Assembly: GCA_947175225.1 (NCBI GenBank)
Contig: CAMWLX010000001.1
Coordinates: 1 to 47,284 of the forward strand
Direction of reading: 5' to 3'
Origin: an uncultured Porphyromonadaceae bacterium
Lineage (GTDB): Bacteria; Bacteroidota; Bacteroidia; Bacteroidales; Muribaculaceae
DNA: 47,284 bases
Positions 8,961-18,467 of this stretch are shown in pieces. The notes beneath the pieces were generated by a model. The model saw only the letters and a program-made list of their open reading frames with translations. It ran no database searches and was not told the DNA's origin. The position numbers and the translations under genes were made by a program. The stretch's first letter is position 1. Each line of letters begins with the position of its first letter.

Positions 8961-10438
8961 TGAGTGAACTCAAGGCCCGTACGGCAAAGACCCTGAAATG
9001 GAACACTATCGACCGCGTAGCCTCCCAAGTGCTATACGGACTCAGCGGCATAGTGCTCGCCAACCTCCTGAGCAAGGAAGACTTCGGCCTTGTGGGGGTT
9101 CTTGCCGTATTCCAAGCCTTTGCGATCCTATTCGTAGACTCAGGCTTCGGATCTGCACTCCTACAGAAAAAAGAGCCTGACAATGACGACTACAGCACAG
9201 TATTTTGGTTCAATCTTATTGTCAGTGCAGTAGTCTATACAATTCTCTATTTTTCAGCACCTGCAATCGCCCACTTCTTCAACGCCCCTCAGCTTACGTC
9301 ACTAAGCCGGGTGATGTTTCTGACATTTGTCCTCACAGGACTCGGAATAGTGCAGACCAACCGCCTTATGAAGCAGATGGACGTCAAGCAGATAGCCATT
9401 GCCGACCTCTTCGCCCTCTCAGTCTCCGCTTGTCTTGGAATAGCTCTCGCCATTGCCGGAGCCGGAGCCTGGGCTATAGTCTGGCAATCAGTAGCTTTGG
9501 CTGCCCTTAAAAGCGGTTGGCTTTGGGCCACGGGACACTGGTCGCCGAAACTGGTTTTCTCTCGAAGCTCTCTCCACGACATCAAAAGAATTGGGTTAAG
9601 CGTATTCGCCACCCAATTCTTCAATACAGTCTTCCTAAATGTCTACCAGTTTGTCATAGGCAAATGGTATTCCCTGACGCAATTGGGCAGCTACACACAA
9701 GCCGACAAATGGAGCAAGATGGGAAGTGCATCCCTATCCCAGATTTTCACATCTTCATTTGTGCCGCTCCTTGCTAAAGTGCAAGATGATATTGCCACTT
9801 TCCATCGATACATGCAGCGAATCGACCGATTCTCTGCCCTCCTTGCCTTCCCTGCACTTACGATTGTAGCTGCCTGCGGAGAGAGCATTTTCCATTTCCT
9901 GTTCGGCACAAAATGGGACACAGCGATTCCTATATTCCGGATTCTCTGCATCCGTGGCATCGGAGTGGTATTCATCTCCCTCTATAGCAACTTCATCATG
10001 AGCCTTGGCCATGGCAAGCAAATCGTCATCATAGAGATTGTCAAGGATGTCTCTACGGCTGTGGCTCTGCTCGCTACTGTCTTCACAATGAGTCTCGAAG
10101 CGCTCGTATGGGGACAACTTGCTGCTACCCTCGCCACTTGGATTGCTGCAGCCATTATCGCCTCGCACACCACTGGCTATCGCTTACGGGAATTTGTGTC
10201 TGATATCTTCCCTTTTGCTTTTTCAGCATTGGTAGTATTCTTAGTGATAGATGTCATTCCTATCCCTTCCGGCAGTATCACACGTCCGCTCAATATCGCA
10301 TCTCTCGCAGCACTTTCCATCCAGTGTCTGACCGGAATTATAGTGTCGCTGACTGTCCTCTACCTATTCAAAGTGCCTGAATTAAAAGAGGGCTACACGT
10401 TGATACTCACTCGCCTTGGGAAGCGAGAAAGCCATTGA
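8960..10438 (+). CDS. wzx: Polysaccharide flippase (Wzx/WzxC-like lipopolysaccharide biosynthesis protein)
   Basis: 492 aa multi-pass hydrophobic; LANLLSKEDFGLVG, DSGFGSALLQKK, YSTVFWFN, GAWAIVWQ. Confidence 0.9.
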   Translation: MSELKARTAKTLKWNTIDRVASQVLYGLSGIVLANLLSKEDFGLVGVLAVFQAFAILFVDSGFGSALLQKKEPDNDDYSTVFWFNLIVSAVVYTILYFSAPAIAHFFNAPQLTSLSRVMFLTFVLTGLGIVQTNRLMKQMDVKQIAIADLFALSVSACLGIALAIAGAGAWAIVWQSVALAALKSGWLWATGHWSPKLVFSRSSLHDIKRIGLSVFATQFFNTVFLNVYQFVIGKWYSLTQLGSYTQADKWSKMGSASLSQIFTSSFVPLLAKVQDDIATFHRYMQRIDRFSALLAFPALTIVAACGESIFHFLFGTKWDTAIPIFRILCIRGIGVVFISLYSNFIMSLGHGKQIVIIEIVKDVSTAVALLATVFTMSLEALVWGQLAATLATWIAAAIIASHTTGYRLREFVSDIFPFAFSALVVFLVIDVIPIPSGSITRPLNIASLAALSIQCLTGIIVSLTVLYLFKVPELKEGYTLILTRLGKRESH

Positions 10439-11366
10439 GATAATCTATCCACTCATCCATAGTCGCTATTCTCCCTTTGCTCCAGCCATTTCCCCAATAA
10501 TAGCGAAACGTCTCTCCCGGGCGGATAGTGCATTTTGCCAGGATGTGTCCTTGATCTTCAAGCATATCTTCAGCTCCCCCGGGAATGATTACCCCGGTGA
10601 AGATTTTTCCGCTGTCTTTGCGCTGAGTTGGATCCTCATAAGCTATGACTCCCCGCTCAAGTTCCATTACGGCGCGTCCATCGTCTCTCCGAGGGACACC
10701 TGCCACTATGCTATATGGATGTGATAGACCCTCATAGCTCACTTCACAGTAGTTGAGATAGCTCCCTTTATCAAGCACAAGCCTACGGCGTTCTGCTATA
10801 GTGTCACTGCCTATCACTACCGGCGCGAACGAAAGTTTTGCCTCAAAACGATCCGGGCCATTCTCTACGATTTCAACCTCATCATAGCACCATGGGAACT
10901 GTATCTTCCCATCTGCATCAAGCAGTGCAGCCACTCCGCATCCGAGCGTAGGCCCGACAGCATAGAAGTCAGCCCCCTTGCCATGATCGATATGATATGT
11001 AAATGACTCCTCAAACTTCTTGGCAAGCTCTTTATCTATCTTTCGCAAAGAATCTGCCTTTGCCCAATTGGCCGAGCCACACTGCTCTCCATAAAGATAA
11101 GGCAACACCAAGCCGGAATCCGGATACTTAGCAAAGATATCGTAGCCAAACGATTTCTCCCCGTTTCGTTGGGTTTTGGGGCCATAGATACGGAAAGCCA
11201 CCACATCATTCTCATACGAAAGATCGTCATTCCGCTCAGGATAGACCCTCCCATACACATTGCCCCTTTCCGCCCCCAATACAGGAGAAGCCGAAAAGAA
11301 AGCGACCGCCGCAACGGCGGCAGTCGCTCTAATATACAAACATCTAATTTTCAATTCAAAATTCAA
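10407..11366 (-). CDS. DUF4861 family secreted protein
   Basis: PERNDDLSYENDVVAFRIYGP, YHIDHGKGADFYAVGPTLGCG, YYWGNGWSK; signal-peptide-like N-terminus. Start uncertain (TTG 11366 or 11354). Confidence 0.8.
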   Translation of the reverse strand: MNFELKIRCLYIRATAAVAAVAFFSASPVLGAERGNVYGRVYPERNDDLSYENDVVAFRIYGPKTQRNGEKSFGYDIFAKYPDSGLVLPYLYGEQCGSANWAKADSLRKIDKELAKKFEESFTYHIDHGKGADFYAVGPTLGCGVAALLDADGKIQFPWCYDEVEIVENGPDRFEAKLSFAPVVIGSDTIAERRRLVLDKGSYLNYCEVSYEGLSHPYSIVAGVPRRDDGRAVMELERGVIAYEDPTQRKDSGKIFTGVIIPGGAEDMLEDQGHILAKCTIRPGETFRYYWGNGWSKGRIATMDEWIDYLNGFLASQGE

Positions 11367-11368
11367 AA

Positions 11369-12871
11369 TTAATAATACTTAGCAAAGTCAACTTGCGACA
11401 TATCGCCACAATCGATGAATGTCTCATGAAGTGCGAATGCAGCATGGAGATGATGCGGTGTGTGAGCCTTCACGCCCTTATTGGCAAGCTTCAGATAATC
11501 CCACAAGATTTCCTTATACATCGGGTGTACGCAGTTCTCGATAATGGTAGTGGCTCTCTGGCGCGGATCCTTGCCGCGCAGGTCGGCAACGCCCTGCTCT
11601 GTGATAAGCACATTGACCGAATGCTCTGAATGATCGATGTGTGAGCACATAGGCACGATAGCAGAGATCTTGCCACCTTTCTGTATCGACGGGCAAGAGA
11701 AGATGGAAATATAGCCATTGCGAGTGAAGTCGCCCGAACCGCCGATTCCGTTCATCATCTTAGTGCCAAGCACATGTGTGGAGTTCACATTGCCATAGAT
11801 GTCAGCCTCGAGAGCTGTATTCATAGTGATCACTCCGAGTCGACGCACCACTTCAGGGCTATTCGAGATTTCGCCTGAGCGGAGAAGGATCTTATCGCGG
11901 AAGAAGTCGATGTTCTCCATAAAGTGGAGCATAGCATCGTCTGAGAAAGTCATAGCGCATGTAGAAGCAAATTTGCAGTGGCCTTGCTCCATAAGTGCCA
12001 TAACAGCATCTTGAATCACTTCGGTATACATCTCGAATGGAGGGATCTCAGGATTCTCGCCGAGACCGTAAAGTACAGAATTTGCCACATTGCCCACTCC
12101 CGACTGGATAGGAAGGAATTCCTTGGGGAGCATACCGGTGCGAAGCTGCTGCACGAGGAAGTTGCAGACATTCTCGCCAATCTGGTGGGTCACTGCATCT
12201 GAAGGTGTGAATGGCTTCACGCCCTCTGAAGCGTTGGATGGCACGACGCCGATGATCTTCTTCGGGTCGATGTGAAGCACTGTCGAACCTATGCGGTCAG
12301 ACGGTTTATAGATTGGAATCTCACGACGATGAGGGGGATCCAATGGCACATAATTGTCATGGAAACCTCTGAATGAGGTCTTGTAGTAGCTTGAGTATTC
12401 AAGGATTACCTTCTTTGCTACATTAGCAAGAGTAGGAGTCATACCCAGGCCCGCACCGAGAATAACGTCTCCGTTCGGACTCATCTCAGTCACTTCGATA
12501 ATTGCCACATCGATGTCTCCAAAGAATCCATAGCGGATGTCTTGTGCCATCATGCTGAGATGTCCATCGAAATAATTTATCGATTGGGCATTGATAGCCT
12601 TACGCGAGTCACTATGTCCCTGATATGGAGTGCGGATGGCGATTGCATCTGCGCGAGAGAGTTCCCCGTCGACATGGTCGTTGGTCGATGCGCCTGTGTA
12701 GAGATTGATCTTGAAAGGTAGTCCTTTTTCATGGAGTTCCCTGGCTCGCTTGGCCAAGGCGACTGTTACAACCTTAGGCGTACCGGATGCGGTAAAGCCC
12801 GATAAGCCTACATTATCACCGTTTTTGATGTAGGAAGCAGCCTCTTCGGCTGAAATAAAAGGGATGCTCAT
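11369..12871 (-). CDS. scpC: Succinate CoA-transferase (acetyl-CoA hydrolase/transferase family)
   Basis: GLSGFTASGTPK, PIQSGVGNVAN, MYTEVIQD, MMNGIGGSGDF, TEQGVADLRG; ATG at 12871 (MSIPFISAEEAA). Confidence 0.92.
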   Translation of the reverse strand: MSIPFISAEEAASYIKNGDNVGLSGFTASGTPKVVTVALAKRARELHEKGLPFKINLYTGASTNDHVDGELSRADAIAIRTPYQGHSDSRKAINAQSINYFDGHLSMMAQDIRYGFFGDIDVAIIEVTEMSPNGDVILGAGLGMTPTLANVAKKVILEYSSYYKTSFRGFHDNYVPLDPPHRREIPIYKPSDRIGSTVLHIDPKKIIGVVPSNASEGVKPFTPSDAVTHQIGENVCNFLVQQLRTGMLPKEFLPIQSGVGNVANSVLYGLGENPEIPPFEMYTEVIQDAVMALMEQGHCKFASTCAMTFSDDAMLHFMENIDFFRDKILLRSGEISNSPEVVRRLGVITMNTALEADIYGNVNSTHVLGTKMMNGIGGSGDFTRNGYISIFSCPSIQKGGKISAIVPMCSHIDHSEHSVNVLITEQGVADLRGKDPRQRATTIIENCVHPMYKEILWDYLKLANKGVKAHTPHHLHAAFALHETFIDCGDMSQVDFAKYY

Positions 12872-12902
12872 TTGTAACAAATAGATTTATTGTGTAATTT
12901 TG
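12871..12902 (+). promoter_or_regulatory. Predicted miaB promoter
   Basis: TTTG (12871-12874) - 20 bp - TAATTTTG (12895-12902). Confidence 0.6.
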
Positions 12903-12924
12903 TAGTCGATTTTATATTTTGGTA

Positions 12925-12955
12925 CAAATTTAGGAAATATCTTTCAAATATCAAA
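12925..12955 (-). promoter_or_regulatory. Predicted promoter of CoA-transferase gene
   Basis: Minus strand TTTG (12955-12952) - 19 bp - TAAATTTG (12932-12925). Confidence 0.6.
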
Positions 12956-12959
12956 TAGT

Positions 12960-14378
12960 ATGGACTATGTTTTTCGACTTGTAGACAATAAAAATTGCAC
13001 TTTTTCACGAAAAGTGCGCATAGAGACCTATGGTTGCCAGATGAACGTGGCAGATTCTGAGGTCGTTGCATCTGTCTTGGGCATGGCTGGATATGAACTT
13101 TCCGACCGTGACGATGATGCCGACGCCATAATCTTCAATACATGTTCCATCCGCGAAAATGCTGAGCAAAAAATTTATCAGCGCATCAGCCATTGGAAGG
13201 CCTATCGACGCAAGACCGGAAAAAAAATCATCATTGCAGTTATCGGATGCATGGCCGAACGCTTGAAGAAGACACTCATCGAAGACTATGATGTGGATGT
13301 CGTGGCAGGCCCCGACAGCTATCTCCAATTGCCGGAACTCTTCGCAGCAGCTGAGGCCGGGGAAAAGGCTATGGATATCGACCTGAGCCTTACCGAGACC
13401 TACCGCGATGTGCTTCCTCGGCGCATAGGAAGTGCAGGCGTCAGCGGCTTCATATCCATCATGCGCGGCTGCAACAATTTCTGCTCCTACTGCATAGTGC
13501 CTTACACTCGCGGACGTGAACGCTCACGCGAGCCGGAAAGTATACTCCGCGAGCTCGCTGATCTTCGTGCGCGTGGTTTTAAGGAAGTCACCCTGCTCGG
13601 ACAAAACGTAAATTCCTACTCCTTTGATCCCACCTCGAATGCCAACACCAACTTAAACGAGAGTAGCGAGCACACTCCGTGTGCGTCCCAACGCGTCAAT
13701 TTCCCGACACTACTTAAGATAGTAGCCGAAGCTGCTCCCGACATGCGCATACGTTTCACCACCTCCCACCCCAAAGACATGAGCGACGAGACTCTCGAGG
13801 TCATGGCGGCACATCCCAACATCGCACGTCATATCCACCTCCCGGTGCAGAGCGGAAGCAACAGCGTATTGAAAGACATGAACCGTAAATACACCCGCGA
13901 ATGGTATCTCGACCGAATCGCGGCAATACGCCGCATCCTGCCGGATGCCGGGATTTCAACAGATATGTTCACCGGATTCCACAATGAGTCGGAAGAGGAT
14001 TTCCAGCAGACTCTGTCGCTGATGAGAGAAGCTGTCTTCGACAGTGCCTTCATGTTTAAATATTCAGAGCGTCCCGGCACATTCGCATCAAAGAATCTCC
14101 CCGACAACATACCCGAAGATGTAAAGGTAGAGCGTCTCAACCGTATGATATCCTTGCAAAATGAGCTGAGTCTTGAGTCAAACCGCCGTGATGTCGGCAA
14201 GGAATTTGAAGTTCTGGTTGAAGGAGTCTCCAAGCGCAGTGCCGAAGAGCTATTCGGACGCACCTCCCAAAATAAAGTAGTAGTCTTCCCCAAAAGCACC
14301 TACAAGCCCGGCGACTTCATCCGGGTACGCATCACCGACGCTTCTTCAGCCACCCTCCGAGGCGAAATAATCGAATAA
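12960..14378 (+). CDS. miaB: tRNA (N6-isopentenyl adenosine(37)-C2)-methylthiotransferase MiaB
   Basis: ETYGCQMN, NTCSIRENAE, GCMAER, radical SAM GCNNFCSYC, LLGQNVNSY, RIRFTTSHPKD, HLPVQSGS, C-terminal TRAM. Confidence 0.97.
   Translation: MDYVFRLVDNKNCTFSRKVRIETYGCQMNVADSEVVASVLGMAGYELSDRDDDADAIIFNTCSIRENAEQKIYQRISHWKAYRRKTGKKIIIAVIGCMAERLKKTLIEDYDVDVVAGPDSYLQLPELFAAAEAGEKAMDIDLSLTETYRDVLPRRIGSAGVSGFISIMRGCNNFCSYCIVPYTRGRERSREPESILRELADLRARGFKEVTLLGQNVNSYSFDPTSNANTNLNESSEHTPCASQRVNFPTLLKIVAEAAPDMRIRFTTSHPKDMSDETLEVMAAHPNIARHIHLPVQSGSNSVLKDMNRKYTREWYLDRIAAIRRILPDAGISTDMFTGFHNESEEDFQQTLSLMREAVFDSAFMFKYSERPGTFASKNLPDNIPEDVKVERLNRMISLQNELSLESNRRDVGKEFEVLVEGVSKRSAEELFGRTSQNKVVVFPKSTYKPGDFIRVRITDASSATLRGEIIE
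13663..13689 (+). repeat. GTAG-type REP-like palindrome inside miaB
   Basis: GTAGCGA-GCACAC-TCC-GTGTGC-GTCCC; related to 30071-30095 and 31371-31396. Confidence 0.55.
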
Positions 14379-14407
14379 CCCTCAATTTGTCCTTCTGTCC
14401 AAAAATA

Positions 14408-14437
14408 ACGAAAGCCCACCAATTGGTGAGCTTTCGT
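14408..14437. terminator. Probable bidirectional rho-independent terminator between miaB and amylase
   Basis: ACGAAAGCCCACC-AATT-GGTGAGCTTTCGT hairpin flanked by A- and T-rich runs, between convergent genes. Confidence 0.8.
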
Positions 14438-14457
14438 CATTTTCGATAAATGATAGA

Positions 14458-17223
14458 TCAAATTACTATCTTGACACTCTCTTTTCCACTTACCACTACA
14501 TAAACTCCCGCAGCGACTTCTACACTTCCATTATCCTGAAGAGTAGACACCTTGCGACCATCCATAGTGTAGATTGCCACCGGAGTAGCAGCATAATCCA
14601 CTACTATGCTGTTTCCTTCCTTATGCACTCTGAGTTCAGAAGCAGTGTCGCTCCACACTCCTTCCACCTCATTCACTTCCATTGTGCCGATCGTCACATA
14701 GCAGTTTGCAGGCACTGTCACTGTGCCACCCGCCACACTGTATGAGGGATTGGAATGATACGACTTTGATAAGATTTGATAGTCTGAATCACTGCTCTTG
14801 CTGAAACTTACCTTGACTGTAATGTCCTGCTTAATGTTTGGATTGATTACAGTGATAAGTTCCTTATCCCCCGCCTTCGATACCATTGTGCGGCCATTAG
14901 CCCAGTTGTCCTGCGCACAGTTATTCTCAAATGATGCAGTCTCTGCAAACAAATCCTTATTATTGTTGCGCAATGCTATCAATTCACAATAATTGTCATA
15001 AAGTCCTTTTCTATCAGAATTATTCAGTAAATTCCAGCGCACTGTCTTCGGATCTGTATTGTTTCCGCCGTCACTGTTCTTAGTATTGTCATAGTTACCA
15101 AGTTCAGAGAATTGCCAGATCATGTGTGCGCCCGGTGCAAGTATCATCTGGACAGCCGTAGACCCTAAACGGCGCATTGAATTGACAAGGTTTCCTTTAA
15201 TTCCGGTCGGCGCATACTCATTCTGCTTATATGCAAGTCGCTGCTCATCGTGACTTTCAAGATATGACACCGTCGAGCCCCACGTACGCTGATCCTTTGG
15301 AGCATACATACGGTTAAGGTTGCTGTCACTTTGATAGCCCATTGCAAACTGGCAGCCGGCATCGTTAAGGTTAGCCCAGTTAAGCTGACCCGTCTCTGCC
15401 ATCGCATTTTCTTCCTGAGCTCCTGCAAGGTTCTCATTGATGAAATATGCATTCGGATTGACTCCCACTACCACTTTCTGAAGTTCGCGCATGCGGTCGA
15501 TACGAGATTGATTGAAGGCATTTGTAGCAGCATCCCCCGAATTTGCATATGAATCATTGTTGCCGAGACCCTTCACAAGATCGAAACGGAAACCATCAAA
15601 CTTATACTCCTTCATCCAATATTCCAGCACATCCTTCCATTGTTCCTGCACCATTGGGAAGCCCTGGTTCCAGTCGTTGAGCACACTGTAGGCATGCGGC
15701 GCATTCATATTGTAGAAAGGATTCTCTCCCGGCATATACATCTGATACCAAGGATGCAGACCATCGCTCTGGTTAAATACCATGTCAAGGATCACAGCCA
15801 TGCCGTTCTGATGGCAGATGTCGATAAATTCCTTATAGTCATCCGGAGTGCCATATGCCTTGTCAGGAGCGAAATAGAAGTTGGGATTATAGCCCCAAGA
15901 GATATTGCCATTGAATTCCATGATCGGGAGCACTTCAATTGCATTCACGCCAAGGGTCTTCAGATATGGTATCTTTTCGATTGCCATGCGTACTGTCCCG
16001 TTGCCGTCTGCTTTCCCCTCAGTGCCGGTGAAGTCACGGAAAAGCAACTCATAGATAATGAGATCGGATGAAGCCACTCCTTTGAAATCCTTCACCTTCC
16101 AGTCATAGTCATTGATGTTTCCTTGATATATTGCCAAGGGAAGTCCATCGATCACGTCGAAAGGATAGGCAGGGAGATCAGGATATACATCGGTAGTGAT
16201 ATACTTGTCATTCCAAGGGTCGAGTACAAGGCGAGCGTATGGGTCACTGACCTTCTGCCATCCGTCGACAAGGAAGTAATATCCGTATTGCTTTTCATTG
16301 TCAAGCCCATCTACTGTAATCCAGAAATAACGCAAGCCATCTACGTCCTGATACTTCATCATATAGGCATTGTCAGCAACATAGTTGTTCCAAGCGCCTA
16401 CGAGAAGCACATTGCTTTTCCCGGGGGCTCCTAAGCAGAAAGTGACACTCCCGTCAGCATTTTTCACCGGACCCATTTTAGGACTGCCGCCGGGATAATT
16501 CTCAGCCTTTGACTCCTCGATGAAAGTATAGTTCTTAATGTCGGTGACTGTTTCTCCCTCTGCGGTAGCCGTAGCCCTCACCTCATAATTGCCTACACCC
16601 GGGAAGGTATAGTTGGCAGTAAGAAGGGTTGCGCCTTTGACTGAGCCGATTTCCTTATCATTTACAGAAAGTGTGATATCCGCAGGTTTGGTTGTGCCCA
16701 CTTTGAAAGTGACCTCCCCGGTGGAAGAAGTGATTATCGAGCCGCTCAATCCTGATTCTATGGCTATTTGCAGTCCGGAATCAAGTACATTATAGAAGAT
16801 ATCAGCTCCACCCTCTGCACGCCCGGTCTTCGAATTGTCGGCACTGCGGAATACGAATGCAAGCCGGGTGACATTCACTGAAGGATCAGTGATTCCGTAA
16901 TACTCGCGGATATCGCCGATATAAAGCTGCCAGAGATTTTCACTGACGTAGGTCAGCTGATACTTAGCAGCATTGTCGCCCCACGTGGGAGCATTTACCC
17001 AATCTTGGCCGTTGCTGAGGCACGCACCGGTATGGGCATAGATCTTGGCTGTGGCAGGAAGCCCCATAAGTCCTTTGTCGCCTTGGTCGGCATGAAAAAG
17101 AATCTTCACATCCTTCGAATCCTCCTGCAAGGGAGAAGGCTCAGAAGTGACCTGGGCATTCAGTCCCATCACCGTAGCTACAATCATTAGCAGCGACATC
17201 AAGTAAGTTTTTGTCATATCCAT
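14458..17223 (-). CDS. GH13 alpha-amylase with N-terminal starch-binding modules and T9SS type A C-terminal domain
   Basis: Signal peptide; IIYELLFRDF, SWGYNP, FDGFRFDLVKG (nucleophile), FINEN (acid/base), YLESHDEQR; CTD IYTMDGRKV...GVYVV...KIVI. Confidence 0.92.
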   Translation of the reverse strand: MDMTKTYLMSLLMIVATVMGLNAQVTSEPSPLQEDSKDVKILFHADQGDKGLMGLPATAKIYAHTGACLSNGQDWVNAPTWGDNAAKYQLTYVSENLWQLYIGDIREYYGITDPSVNVTRLAFVFRSADNSKTGRAEGGADIFYNVLDSGLQIAIESGLSGSIITSSTGEVTFKVGTTKPADITLSVNDKEIGSVKGATLLTANYTFPGVGNYEVRATATAEGETVTDIKNYTFIEESKAENYPGGSPKMGPVKNADGSVTFCLGAPGKSNVLLVGAWNNYVADNAYMMKYQDVDGLRYFWITVDGLDNEKQYGYYFLVDGWQKVSDPYARLVLDPWNDKYITTDVYPDLPAYPFDVIDGLPLAIYQGNINDYDWKVKDFKGVASSDLIIYELLFRDFTGTEGKADGNGTVRMAIEKIPYLKTLGVNAIEVLPIMEFNGNISWGYNPNFYFAPDKAYGTPDDYKEFIDICHQNGMAVILDMVFNQSDGLHPWYQMYMPGENPFYNMNAPHAYSVLNDWNQGFPMVQEQWKDVLEYWMKEYKFDGFRFDLVKGLGNNDSYANSGDAATNAFNQSRIDRMRELQKVVVGVNPNAYFINENLAGAQEENAMAETGQLNWANLNDAGCQFAMGYQSDSNLNRMYAPKDQRTWGSTVSYLESHDEQRLAYKQNEYAPTGIKGNLVNSMRRLGSTAVQMILAPGAHMIWQFSELGNYDNTKNSDGGNNTDPKTVRWNLLNNSDRKGLYDNYCELIALRNNNKDLFAETASFENNCAQDNWANGRTMVSKAGDKELITVINPNIKQDITVKVSFSKSSDSDYQILSKSYHSNPSYSVAGGTVTVPANCYVTIGTMEVNEVEGVWSDTASELRVHKEGNSIVVDYAATPVAIYTMDGRKVSTLQDNGSVEVAAGVYVVVSGKESVKIVI

Positions 17224-17235
17224 ATGTTTTATAGA

Positions 17236-17262
17236 GAAAGCCCGCGTGATGGGCGGGCTTTC
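17236..17262 (-). terminator. Intra-operon hairpin between susF and amylase
   Basis: GAAAGCCCGC-7 nt-GCGGGCTTTC perfect 10-bp stem; weak U tail on the minus strand. Confidence 0.6.
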
Positions 17263-17289
17263 GGTTTTTATTAAGGTTTCTACAATCGT

Positions 17290-18372
17290 TTATTTCTTTA
17301 CGAGTGTGCAGCTATAAGGAATCTTGCCGAGATCGAGTGTCACTTCGTAAGTGCCTTCACCCGGCGATGGGATATTGTCGCCTCCCTGGCCGAGATCATT
17401 CAGTTTGCCGCCCAAGTTGACTGCCCAATCATCATTCGCACGGAACTTGAAATCTCCGGTTGCTCCAAATGCCACTGTGCCTGTCCATACGAGATTGTCT
17501 GTTGTAGTAAGAGGTGTTGAAGCCCCCCAGCCATTAGGAGTTGCATCGCCAATCACTCCGATTGTGCTTACATAATAGGTAGTGTATTCAAGCTTATCAA
17601 GGTCAGCAGTACACCAGTAAAGGCCACCGGTAGTTACGCTGAGGTTTCCGCCTTCAGTAGAAAGAGTTCCGGGTTCTTCGCCTTCACCGTAATTGATGCC
17701 ATTCCAATCAGGCTCGGTAGAGAACTTAAATTCGCCGTCAAGCACTGCATAGCCGCTGAAATGGATCCCATCATAGCATGAAAGTGGTTGTGATGCCACC
17801 TGATTCCATCCATTGGAGTTGCCCGGTGTGTAGAGATATGCGCGGCGCATCTCAGGCAAAATAGTCATCGTATATGGACCTGCAAAATTAGTCGGGCCTC
17901 CGATAATAGCCTCTTGCTTGCCGACGACGGTCTTTGCAAGTACCCTTACCTTAATTTCTTTCTTATCCGGAGAAGTAGAGATATTATTGAAATATGCTTC
18001 TTCAAGGTCGGCTGGAGATATCACAATATTGTATGCATCTTCATCGGCTACCTTCTCTGCTATTGACGCTACCGGAAAGGCTGTATCGAAATCATCTGCT
18101 GAGATTTCCACGCTTCCGGCAAGCGTACAGCCTGCAGGAAGAGCTGCCACTGCTTTTACAGTAGCCACTGTAATAGACTCTCCGTCAGCCTGAAGTTGCG
18201 TAAGATCGTACACCCCTGTTGTCAAGTCTCCACTGACTTCTACATCGGATGCCTTGAAAATAGACTCCTGAGGATTGGTCTGCGGGGCTGGATTCGGCTC
18301 CTTATAGTTGTCGCAAGATGCAAATGATAAGGCGAACATTGCAGCCAGACCGTATAATGCTGTTTTTTTCAT
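17290..18372 (-). CDS. susF: SusF-like starch-binding outer-membrane lipoprotein
   Basis: Lipobox FASC; YLYTPGNSNGW, IGVIGDATPNGW, FKFRANDDWAVNLGG typical of SusE/SusF CBMs; PUL context. Confidence 0.85.
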   Translation of the reverse strand: MKKTALYGLAAMFALSFASCDNYKEPNPAPQTNPQESIFKASDVEVSGDLTTGVYDLTQLQADGESITVATVKAVAALPAGCTLAGSVEISADDFDTAFPVASIAEKVADEDAYNIVISPADLEEAYFNNISTSPDKKEIKVRVLAKTVVGKQEAIIGGPTNFAGPYTMTILPEMRRAYLYTPGNSNGWNQVASQPLSCYDGIHFSGYAVLDGEFKFSTEPDWNGINYGEGEEPGTLSTEGGNLSVTTGGLYWCTADLDKLEYTTYYVSTIGVIGDATPNGWGASTPLTTTDNLVWTGTVAFGATGDFKFRANDDWAVNLGGKLNDLGQGGDNIPSPGEGTYEVTLDLGKIPYSCTLVKK

Positions 18373-18388
18373 TTTATTTCAATTTGTA

Positions 18389-18454
18389 TTTCGCAAGCTC
18401 AATTCAAGGATTATTAGACAATATCCTTATCACCCTCAAATTTTGCTTGCGAAA
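18389..18454. repeat. Inverted pair of REP-like elements in susE-susF spacer
   Basis: TTTCGCAAGC (18389-18398) and GCTTGCGAAA (18445-18454); 18433-18454 matches 24811-24832 at 19/22. Confidence 0.55.
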
Positions 18455-18467
18455 GATTAACAGGGAT

